Source: Lytechinus pictus
Taxonomy: Eukaryota
NCBI RefSeq assembly: GCF_037042905.1
Contig: NC_087249.1
Location: 9,736,001-9,800,000, forward strand
Reading direction: 5' to 3'
DNA: 64,000 nt
Below the pieces are notes generated by a model. The model had not been told where the DNA came from. It did no database searches and saw only the letters and a list, made by a program, of their open reading frames with translations. The number at the start of each line of letters is the position of its first letter. Positions within the stretch are counted from its first letter, which is position 1. Made by a program: the position numbers and the translations under genes. Below are positions 31,745-41,960 of the stretch, in pieces.

Positions 31745-34700
31745 ATGGCGTTGCGAACTGTACAGTCACCCTATCCATCTATTTGTCTGCAGTTTATTGT
31801 AGCTGTTGCTTTTCTATATGCATCCTACTTACCTAACCCCAAGAACTGTAAGACATATGAACCTACAACTCTCACTTCAGTGTCTGTCATTGTAAATCAT
31901 GGGAAACTGAGCAGGCTGATGTCAATGTCGATAGATATCTCTTCTTCACAAATACGACATCGTAAACATCTCTGTTTGACAACAATATTATTATTACTGG
32001 CAGGGGACATTCAAACTAATCCTGGGCCGAAGACAACTCCGGTGTACCCTTGTGGATTCTGTGAACGCCCAGTTACGTGGTCCCAGCTTGCTGTCTGTTG
32101 TTGTAATTGTAGTATATGGTACCACAAGTCCTGTGAAGGATTAAATACGCAGGATATGTCACATCTGGGACATGATAGTGTGGTGTGGCATTGTTATAAA
32201 TGTGATAGCATCAATGTGGACAACTTTACATTCAACCACTTCGAGCTTGAAACATCAAACACTTTTTACCTGCTCTCGCCAGCTGCAAAAAGTTCTGTGG
32301 ACTCATTTTCATCTGATGACCTAGATAGGCTTTACCCAGTCAACGAGAGCAGTCCAAAGTCGCCTAAAGGCAAAAGAAGAGGGAAAAGGAACTCCATTGA
32401 AAAACGTACGAGTAGCACATCGTCCTCGACATCGCAAGAATCTAGTCGTAGCTCTCTGATTCATCCCAAAAAGACTAACTTGAGAGTGCTTACTGTAAAC
32501 TGTTGCAGCATCAGGAGTAATCGATCGGAATTCACCGCAGCCATGGATTATGTGAAACCAGACATCATCTGCGGCACTGAATCATGGCTAAGTGGCATCA
32601 AGCCAGGGAAAGATCCGACGGATGATGCAGTAAAGTCCAGTGAAGTCTTCCCGGACTCCCACTTTTTCCACAGGAATGATCGTGAAACTGCTGGAGGAGG
32701 AGTCTTTGTTGGCATCAACAGGACTATGACATCTGATTGTAGACCTGACCTAATCACTGATTGCGAAATCATGTGGACTAAAGTAAAACTCCAAGGAGGT
32801 GCGAATAGGGATTTATATTGTGGTTCATTCTACATGCCTCATCGTGATCTACGACACTTGAATCAGCTGCATGCTTCCCTGGGTCGGGTACTTAACTCAA
32901 GAACAGGGAAACATATTATTCTTGCAGGGGACTTTAATTGCCCCGACATAGACTGGGACAATCTTTGTGTTCGACCAGGAGCATCCGATAGAGATGTACA
33001 GCAGGCGTTGATTGATATCTCTGTGGAATATGGCCTTACCCAAGTCCACAACCAACCCACTAGACAAGACAATATATTGGATTTGATCTTTACAAATAAC
33101 CCTTCTGTGGTCAAGTCTTCTTCTAGTATTCCTGGTATTAGTGATCATGCCATGGTGGTTACTGATTTTGACATCCTACCAAGCATCACCAAATACCACA
33201 AGAGAAAGTTTTACTTGTTCAAAAAGGCAGACTGGAACGGAATAAGAGATGAGATGTCAAAATTATCTGATGAAATTTCTCGTCAAGTGGAGTTAGACGG
33301 CAATATCGACGATATCTGGACTCTCTTCAAAACATCCCTCATGAAAGTGGTCGACAAAAACATACCATCGAAGATGAGGAGTGGAAGGAAATCTCTTCCA
33401 TGGTTCTGCCACTCGTTGAAACGCATGGTAAAAAGGAAGGCTAGACTCTATAAGAAGGCTAAAGATCCCAGAAGGACTTTCAACAAAGCTGAAGATTGGG
33501 AGAAGTATAAGCGTTTCCAGCGTACTTCTAAGAAGGCCTTTAAGAAGGCAGAGGAGGAGCATGTAACATCATCAATTGTTCAAGGCCTTGAAGAAAATAA
33601 CCCTAAACCATTTTGGCGCTATATAGCATCAAAACGCCAAGACAGAACAGGGCTACCCCCACTCAAGAATGCTGGAAACCTTATCCATGAAAGTAAAGCC
33701 AAGGCTCAGTTGTTGGTTAAGGAATTCAAATCTGTATTTTCAAGAGGACTTTATGCTCCACCTGAATTGAATAATCCATGCAGAAGAAAGATCTCTCCAC
33801 TGCACATCACCGTGAATGGAGTTGAGAAGTTACTATCAAGGATAAATGCTTCCAAAGCGTCGGGTCCTGATCTCATCCCAAACACCGTACTAAAAGAATG
33901 TGCAAGGGAACTGGCTCCAGGCTTGCGAGATTTTTTCCAATTATCGGTTGATTTAGGCAGAGTACCATCTGACTGGAAGAAGGCACATGTTACACCAGTC
34001 TTTAAGAAAGGTGATGTACACTCAACTGGAAATTATCGACCAGTCTCCCTTACATCAGTGATCTGCAAACAGCTTGAGCATGTCATTTGCAAGCACCTCT
34101 TCAAACATCTACAAGAAAACAATATCTTGTCGTCTCTCAACCACGGGTTCAGGTCCGGTCATTCAACTGAAACTCAACTACTGACCACAGTACATGATCT
34201 CCTTCTCGCCCATGACAAGAAAGTACAGTCAGACGTCATCATACTAGACTTTGCTAAGGCGTTTGATACAGTGCCTCACTCGCTACTCCTACACAAACTA
34301 GCGAACTACGGGATAGATGGCTCAATACACAAGTGGCTTACATCCTTCCTAACACACAGGGAGATGACGGTTGTAGTTGATGGAGAGCATTCCGACCCAG
34401 AGGAAGTAACATCAGGTGTGCCGCAGGGGACAGTACTCGGACCCTTGTTATTTTTATGCCACATCAACGACCTCCCTGATGTTGTCCAGTCACAGGTTCG
34501 CTTATTCGCAGATGACTGTGTGCTGTATAGACAGATTAAATCTCAACGAGACCATCATAAGCTGCAGCAGGACCTTACTGCATTAGAAAATTGGGCATCC
34601 ACCTGGGGAATGAGGTTCAATGCTGGCAAGTGCCAAGTTATGAGCATAAATGCCAAAACCTCATACTTTTACACCATAAATGACTGTATACTTAAACATG

Positions 34701-35377
34701 TATCTCAACATCCATACCTTGGAGTAACACTAGCTGACAATCTGAAGTGGTCACCCCAGATCAACAAAGCTGTGAGGAAGGCAAACTCTGTCCTTGCTTT
34801 ACTCAGAAGGAACCTAAGTTTCTGCCCAGAGAACTGCAAGCGCACAGCATACATTGCACTAGTCAGATCTATCCTGGAATATGGTGCATGTGTGTGGGAT
34901 CCCTATCTTCAGAAGGATATTCAATGTCTGGAGAAAACACAGCGTAGAGCAGTACGGTTCATCTGTGGGGACTACAGCTCTCGAGAACCAGGTTCGATTA
35001 CCAAGATGAGAGAGAATCTCAACCTGCCTACTCTTGCCTCAAGACGCCAAGTCCTGAAACTTACATCCTACTTCAAAGTGGTCGAGGGGTTGGTTCCTGC
35101 CCTTCCTGTTGATAAATTTCTTATTAAAGCAAGACCTAAACGTAATATCAAAGCTAAGAAATTTGTAAACTTTGATGCTACTAATGTGGTAGAGAAACAA
35201 GTAACAAATAACTCCAAGTGTTTCTCAATAAGACATTGTAACACAGAGCAGTTAAGAAATTCTTTTTTTGTGAATACAACGTTGGCCTGGAATCAACTCC
35301 CTAACGAAGTTGTAAGCAGTACATCACCAGAGGTGTTTAAAGCCAAGATCGAAGAAAGCCACCTACGTTTCGACTAA
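31745..35377 (+). CDS. LINE polyprotein: hydrophobic leader, 2A-like peptide, PHD finger, APE endonuclease, reverse transcriptase
   Basis: First ATG after the LTR; LLLLAGDIQTNPGP; C..C...C..C..WYH..C...W.C..C PHD; GTESWL, AGDFN, LDL and SDH APE motifs; NYRPVSLTS, DFAKAFD, GVPQGTVLGP and FADD RT motifs; no stops. Confidence 0.96.
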   Translation: MALRTVQSPYPSICLQFIVAVAFLYASYLPNPKNCKTYEPTTLTSVSVIVNHGKLSRLMSMSIDISSSQIRHRKHLCLTTILLLLAGDIQTNPGPKTTPVYPCGFCERPVTWSQLAVCCCNCSIWYHKSCEGLNTQDMSHLGHDSVVWHCYKCDSINVDNFTFNHFELETSNTFYLLSPAAKSSVDSFSSDDLDRLYPVNESSPKSPKGKRRGKRNSIEKRTSSTSSSTSQESSRSSLIHPKKTNLRVLTVNCCSIRSNRSEFTAAMDYVKPDIICGTESWLSGIKPGKDPTDDAVKSSEVFPDSHFFHRNDRETAGGGVFVGINRTMTSDCRPDLITDCEIMWTKVKLQGGANRDLYCGSFYMPHRDLRHLNQLHASLGRVLNSRTGKHIILAGDFNCPDIDWDNLCVRPGASDRDVQQALIDISVEYGLTQVHNQPTRQDNILDLIFTNNPSVVKSSSSIPGISDHAMVVTDFDILPSITKYHKRKFYLFKKADWNGIRDEMSKLSDEISRQVELDGNIDDIWTLFKTSLMKVVDKNIPSKMRSGRKSLPWFCHSLKRMVKRKARLYKKAKDPRRTFNKAEDWEKYKRFQRTSKKAFKKAEEEHVTSSIVQGLEENNPKPFWRYIASKRQDRTGLPPLKNAGNLIHESKAKAQLLVKEFKSVFSRGLYAPPELNNPCRRKISPLHITVNGVEKLLSRINASKASGPDLIPNTVLKECARELAPGLRDFFQLSVDLGRVPSDWKKAHVTPVFKKGDVHSTGNYRPVSLTSVICKQLEHVICKHLFKHLQENNILSSLNHGFRSGHSTETQLLTTVHDLLLAHDKKVQSDVIILDFAKAFDTVPHSLLLHKLANYGIDGSIHKWLTSFLTHREMTVVVDGEHSDPEEVTSGVPQGTVLGPLLFLCHINDLPDVVQSQVRLFADDCVLYRQIKSQRDHHKLQQDLTALENWASTWGMRFNAGKCQVMSINAKTSYFYTINDCILKHVSQHPYLGVTLADNLKWSPQINKAVRKANSVLALLRRNLSFCPENCKRTAYIALVRSILEYGACVWDPYLQKDIQCLEKTQRRAVRFICGDYSSREPGSITKMRENLNLPTLASRRQVLKLTSYFKVVEGLVPALPVDKFLIKARPKRNIKAKKFVNFDATNVVEKQVTNNSKCFSIRHCNTEQLRNSFFVNTTLAWNQLPNEVVSSTSPEVFKAKIEESHLRFD

Positions 35378-36031
35378 CTCATTTGCGCCCTCTCCTAACC
35401 CGGTGCATTATACCTAACGGTCCTGCACTGTATTACATCCAGATCCAGACTGACAGAAATAAACTGAATTGATGATCACATCCGATTCCTCACCATCGAC
35501 TGCCGGCCTTTTTTTGTCCTTGACCAAAACATAAACGCCCTCTGCGTTCGTATTGTTTATTTTTTTTTTTATTTTTTTTTTTTTTGAAAGAAATATATTT
35601 TGTTCAACAGTATTATCATTGGGTGTGTTTTTTACCCGGGTTTTTTACTCAGATTTGATCAATACAGTTTTTTCATGGCATGTTCCTGAATGATCTTGCC
35701 TATCATGGTCATAAGCAGCGGACAAGAATATGCAAAAGCGCCCCCATGATAAGCTTGGTCGCTTCGCTCACTCGCTTTTGAGTTTCTTCGAAAAAATAAA
35801 TTATGCGTCTTGCCCCTGCCAGGAAAAATTAATGCGTACGGCCATGTTGCCTTTAATTGCTTTTAGGTGATTTTAAATTCAATAAGGTCTCCCACGTGGG
35901 TGTCTTCTGTTCTATTTGCTAGTTACAAGACATTTTGTAAGGCCCCAAGTTCAGGGAAAATTATGAAATGTCGGGGCGTTTATCAAAGTGCTGTGTAACC
36001 TTCATAAAAGCCTAAACTGAATTAATGGAAA

Positions 36032-36246
36032 CACTGGCGGATCCAGGGGGGGGGGTACAAAGCCGGCCCGTCCCCCCTTGAGAGGCACAATTGAAATGTG
36101 TAATGTCAAATGGCCGTTAAAACAGAAGTGTGCCCCCCCCCCCCTTTGAAAGTGAAGACGTAAATACTTTTTTTTTTTGCTTGTCAAAGTTTTCCTCAGC
36201 AAAATGTTCGACTCCCTTTTAGTAAATCCTGGATCCTCCCCTCCTG
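36032..36246. mobile_element. hAT-type MITE
   Basis: CACTGGCGGATCCAGG ... CCTGGATCC..CCTG, flanked by AATGGAAA / CATGGAAA (8-bp TSD, one mismatch). Confidence 0.65.
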
Positions 36247-39200
36247 CATGGAAATATGTAATGAATATTCTAATATCATATCAAACAAGAAACAATGACG
36301 TTATGAGTGAAACTATGAAATTCTAATCAATCCCCCATCAATGTAAGGAGGACACATTGCTTGTACACAGTTCAGTGACACGACTGCATAAAAAGGGTTG
36401 TTCCCATAGCCGGACAATATACACTTGGGCCGTGGAACGGGGGGGGGGGGGGGGGGATGGGAGTCGAGGTTCTTTCAGTAAACCGTGTAGAAAATAGTTA
36501 AATTTATAAATGATCTAGTTCTGATTTTTTTATCAGAACCCACTTTCAGCTAAGCCCCCCCCCCCCCCCACACACAACGGTATCGAAATTTCAAAAATCA
36601 GGGAGGTAATATTATACAGGCTTACTTTTCAACGAGGGGTTTCTTTGGCAGTGTTTGAAGTTGGTGAATTTCTTAAATAGGCAGGCACCCCTAAGAATTG
36701 ATGCATATGATGTGGGATTGGGGTGGGATTGTCATCATTCATGCAACCTATGGTAATTCATGAAGATGCTTGATATTGTCAAATCTGTAAACAAAAAACG
36801 TCTTTTTCATATAACAAATTACAAAATAAATAGCGAGTGCGATACATTATGACACCGTGGCTCATTTGCATATCACCGTCTTTTTTCCTGGGGGCAAAAA
36901 CTTAATAACTCAAAGGGCGTTTTTGCATTTTCCAAAGTGATATTGAAGGACTTCGTTTAAGCTTTTTATGAATTTTGTGGAAAGTTTTAGCCAAAAAATG
37001 TAAGTTTTTACATTTGTTTTGGCCTGTTGGGAGATCAAGGAGGCAACTGCCCCTCACCCCATGCAGCTGTGTACGACCATGGATCCGCCTGTCTATTTCA
37101 ACCTTCTATGGCGCGAGAAGAAGACGAAGAAAAAAAAAATCAGATTCGTCTTCGCGCCATATTTCAGCATTGTTCATATAGGTGAAAGTTCAGGGTCCTG
37201 CAATGGAAACGATTTTGAAGAGGGCATGGAGGGGGTGCTGGCCTTGAAAAAAGGAAAGAAAACAAGCATAATGGGGGAGTTTTCACTCCAAAATGAAGGT
37301 GATTTTTGGTCACATTTCTACTTTTTATTATACCAACCTGATTCCTAGAAGGTGCTGCTATAATTGTGGTGTATAACCGTACGCAGCACCTCCAGAAAAA
37401 TCTTGGGGTGCTTACAAAATGCTTTTTTAATAAAAAAGAATTAAACCAAAAAGCTCATAATTTCACTCATTAGGACTACCCCCTCTTTTCGTCACCGCAC
37501 TCAGACTTTTAGCTCCTTGAGCATCTGATTGGGTTTCATTGGATTTTGCCGACATTGGAGGATTTATTTTGCCTATTCTTTTATTTGATTCTTTCAGTGA
37601 CATCAACATTTACAAACAGCAATGAAATACTTGACTTAGGTGTCACTTTATGATAGTGTAAGATAAAGTGACACCTTCATATGCATCAAGGTATACCTGC
37701 AGTATAATATGTATTTATTGATTTTCCGTTCACATTATGACAACAAATATATATAACATTGTATAGTCAAATATATTTACAAAGCAAGTAATTCATACCA
37801 TACTTGAAGAAAGAATCAATTTTAACCAGCAAGATAGAACTGACTTGTCAAAATTAAGAAAAGAAACACAGAAACACAGAACAAAGAATTGATAAACATG
37901 TATAGAGATAAGATTTATAAAATTACTCTAACCGGTGCATCCCAGCTTCCCTATATAGAGATTAAGAAATATAATGCAGAAAAAATGAATATACGAAAAG
38001 ACATCTATGTGATGGGGGTACTCCAGGCTAAAAATAACATGATAGAATGAAATAAAATCGGGCAAACAAAATTACTGGAAACTTCATAAAAATTGGACAA
38101 GCAAGAACAAAGTTAAGGAATTAATTTTAAATGTTTTGCATTGTTTCGCTGAAACACTTCTATAAACATCCTCATTATTCTCCATAGGCAGCACCCCCAG
38201 GAATTCTGGAAGGAATTCAGGAATGGAGAAATGTAACCAAAATGACCTTCATTTTGTAGTGAAACCTTTTTGTTTGTTTTCGTTTTCTTTCAAATTTCTC
38301 GGGACCAAATTGACCTCCATTTGTTTTCTTGCTTTTCAAATTAGCATCAGCACTCCCAGTAAAAAGAGAAAGAAAAAAAATCGTTCCCACTGTCCTGCTA
38401 ATGAGTAAGTAATGAGCAAGCTGATGATGTCATATCCCCGCTTATCTTTATATAATTAAATTTATTATGAAATTGTATTTATTCAACTTTTTCCCTCCAA
38501 GAAAGGAGAAAAATGGGTTGACTCGATAATCACTGCTGTGACTTATTTTATTGCAAGGGAAACACGTCATACGCACATTATGAAAATATGATTTTGAATA
38601 TAAAGTGTCAGTGGATATGAATTCCCCATTCGTGTTAATAATCCCCTTGTAACATTTTGAATTGGAATCCACACTTTTCAAAGAACATTATTTTATTCTG
38701 AGAAAAATGTTTTCAACGTCAAACCAAATAGGGACTTCTAATTTGCAATTGTGAAAAAGTTCTGTTATAGAACTACTTTATAATCTTTTTGACACGAGTT
38801 AACCCATTACCTACTGGAACCTGGTGATCCCTGTACAAAGCCTATATGAGAATCACATTCAGTAGTCAACAGGTTAACTTTCAAGGACAATAAATTGTAG
38901 GCCTATCCAAAAAAAAAAATAATAAGATTTCCTCCATATCTATTTCCCTTTTCCTTTCTTCCGTTCAATGCACTTGCCTTTAATTTTTCCAACTGTGTGG
39001 AATTTTCTCAAATATATTTTATCTGTGATTCCATGAACGAACTAATACCTTTACTTGTAAATATGTATATAGGCCTATACATCGATCCTTTAAAAAAAAT
39101 CTAAATCTTCATCTTCAATATGTTTTGACCTGATACGCGTGCTGGAATTGAAAGCATGGTATTAAAATTGACTTTATTGCATTTATAATTGCTACGAATT

Positions 39201-39646
39201 TGTCTCAAGTCTTCTGATTCCAACCATGTTTCCAATAGCTCTAATTGAGTCTAAGTAAATTGGCGATAGAGACAATTTTAACTCTCAAATAACTTATTTA
39301 CAGAAAAACGAAGTTTCCTCCGATATATCGAGTACAAACTATACGATTTTCATTTCATTCCTAGATTCCAATTGATAAATCCTTAAAGTAAAGCAGGTAG
39401 ACTGGCCTAATTCACGTTTGTTCCCCCACTTCCCCCCCCCCCCGACATGGTATGTATACACCACTGCCAACTCGGTCTTTGCTCCCTAGCAATATCACCC
39501 CACCCCCATTTCACAATTCCCGAAAGTTTTCTTTGGGTAAAGTATTGACACTATTATATCGCATCACCAAACACCTCCACGGCCACCACTCCACCATGCA
39601 CGGTCACCACCACCACCGCCGCCACCACCACCGCCAACGCCGGCAC

Positions 39647-41700
39647 CAGGGGCGCGGATCCAGCCTTTGCCAATAGGGGGGGGGGGGGGCGGAATTTTTT
39701 CAGCCACATTTTCCCGATCGGCCGCTCGAAGTTGATTTTTTTAATGTTTCTTTGAAGGGGTAGTCTTTGTAGTAAGTTATAAGCTTTATTCTTATAAATC
39801 AACATAAACATATAATAATCTCATATAAGCCTTGTTTAAATATAGTGCGAGCTCGAAGCGCGAGCTATTGTTTTATTTCAAGTATTTTGTCCTAAAATTT
39901 AAATATTCTGGGCAATGTTTGTGATCCAAAACCAGATGTGTATCCAACTAAATAATTACTGCGAGCGCGAAGCGCAAGCAGAAATTTTAAATATACGTTT
40001 TAATCTGATAAAAAAGGGATCTGTTAACGGCTGCTTACAGTTAGCCATGAAGACGTTACATATTTCAGCAATCAAATGATGCGAGCGCGAAGCACGAGCT
40101 AAAAATTTTGACATTTCTACCTGAAGAATGGAAATTCTAAGCACTTTTTGTAATCGTGATAAAGATAAGTATACAACTAAACAATTGACGCGAGCGCGAA
40201 GCGCGAGCGGAAAAAATCGAGGTTAACACCTAAAAATGAAACACTCTATATATTCGTGTTTTGTAAATCATGAAAATTATGAGTAATTGGAAATCTCTCT
40301 ACATTAATAATGCGAGCGCAAAGCGCGAGCAGAAAATTTTTGATATATTGGATAATGATTTGAATAGAGAACAAGCTGCGTATCTGGATAAACATGAGCG
40401 ATCTAGAATCTGGGCATTCTTAATACATTGGTTTAAATCATGAAATTCAATAAAGCGAGCGCGAAGTGCGACCTTAATATTTGATACTCCGATCTGAAAA
40501 AGGGTTAATTTAAGCTCTGTATTTCAAGCACTTTGTAGGAAAATTGTGAGGTTGATATGGATCACAGTTTAAAAAGAGCTGATATTACTTTGAGTATTGA
40601 CATAGGACCGGGACATTCTAAGAACATTATGTCATCATTTGAAAATATTTATATATTTCCTATTTCTCTTCCTAAGCGCGAGATGGAACTTATCGAATCG
40701 ATTTTCCATTCTGGAAAAAAGGACAGTTTGATTATTTAATTAATATTTTATTTATTAATCTAATGAGCCTATAACTTGAGCGCGAAATCTGTTGATATCA
40801 TGGCTTGAAAACTGGACATTTAAAGCACTTTTGTAATGAATAAGATGCATGAGTTAATAAATGTTCAACGCTCAATGCGAGCGCAAATCGCAAACCGAAA
40901 TCTTTTATAAACTGTCATGAAATGGGGATTTTAAGTAGTTTGTTATAGAATTAATATTGAGATATACATAACTCACCAATCAAAATGCGAGCGTGCAGCG
41001 CTAGCTGATACGTTTTGACAATCGGTATATTTTGAGAACTTTATGGAATACAAGAAAATAATAGGTACCTGACAAATCAAATTTTGCAAGCGCGCAGCGA
41101 GAGCAGAAAATTTTAATATTCAGACCATAAAACATAATTTTTTACAGAGCACTTTTTTAAAATCAATTTGTAAATCAAACAAAATAATGAAAGTTCGATT
41201 TCCGAGCTGTAATATGTTTTGTATATTGACTTCAAAATTTGACATTTTAAGCTCCATATTGAGCAAGATATGTGAATCACCTTAAAAGCAACGTGAGCGC
41301 GAAACGCGAGCGAAAATTTTGTATAGTGACATGCAGTGGCGTACCTAGGATTTACCACAGGGGGGGGGGCAAAACCGTCCGCCAAAAAATTTGACAAGCA
41401 AAAAAAAAAAAAAGGTCTTCAATCACAAATGAAGGATTTCGTACCAGAAACAAAATTGACAAGCAAAAAAAAAAAAAAAAAAAGGTCCTTGCATGGGTTG
41501 CGGCTCGTCAGGGGGGCAGACTGCCCCCCTCTGCCCCCCCCCGTAGGTACGCTAGTGGTGACATGAAAGATTAAAAAATATTATTTTCCAAGTCTTCCCC
41601 TCATCTTCCTTCTCTTATATGTTTCCCTTTCTTTTTTCTCCTCTCTTTTCCCTTCTGTTTCTTGTTTTTTATTTCCCCCTTTTTACTTTTTTTGCTCCGC
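39647..41700. mobile_element. Non-autonomous element with a periodic GCGAGCGCGAAGCGCGAGC motif array
   Basis: Begins CAGGGGCGCGGATCCAG; the motif recurs about 12 times (39847, 39961, 40081, 40191, 40312, 40455, 40877, 40987, 41086, 41293...). The right end is uncertain. Confidence 0.7.
41334..41557. mobile_element. hAT-type MITE nested in the previous element
   Basis: Perfect 8-bp TSD GTGACATG (41326-33, 41558-65); TIR CAGTGGCGTACCTA / TAGGTACGCTAGTG. Confidence 0.9.
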
Positions 41701-41960
41701 CACCACCACCACCGCCACCACCGCCACCACCACCACCACCACCACCACCACCACCACCACCACCAAAGTGAAAATCAACAACCATCATGCTATATAGCGA
41801 AGATAAAGATGATGATGATGAGTGATGAAGAAGATTGATGGTGTTGATGAAACTATGATTATGATGATGGTGACGAGTCGACGATTGGTGATATTGCATG
41901 ATGATGATGATGATGACGATAATCATGGCGAAATGATTATGACAATGATGATGATGAACA
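41698..41960. repeat. (CCA)n followed by degenerate (GAT)n microsatellites
   Basis: Direct inspection. Confidence 0.9.

Larger units (their letters stand above)
23801..35450 (+). mobile_element. Full-length RTEX-like non-LTR retrotransposon whose 5' UTR is interrupted by a Gypsy insertion
   Basis: TGACAGA at 23794-23800 and 35451-35457 (putative TSD), 3' GTGCA..TGCAC stem-loop, (ATCCAG)2 tail and an intact PHD-APE-RT ORF. The clade is inferred from domain layout and tail. Confidence 0.75.

Noticed and set aside
24782..33562. Antisense and overlapping ORFs within gag, pol, ORF3 and the LINE (e.g. 24855-25361, 26359-26958, 30704-31075)
   Set aside because: Shadow ORFs of coding or repeat sequence, with no motifs.
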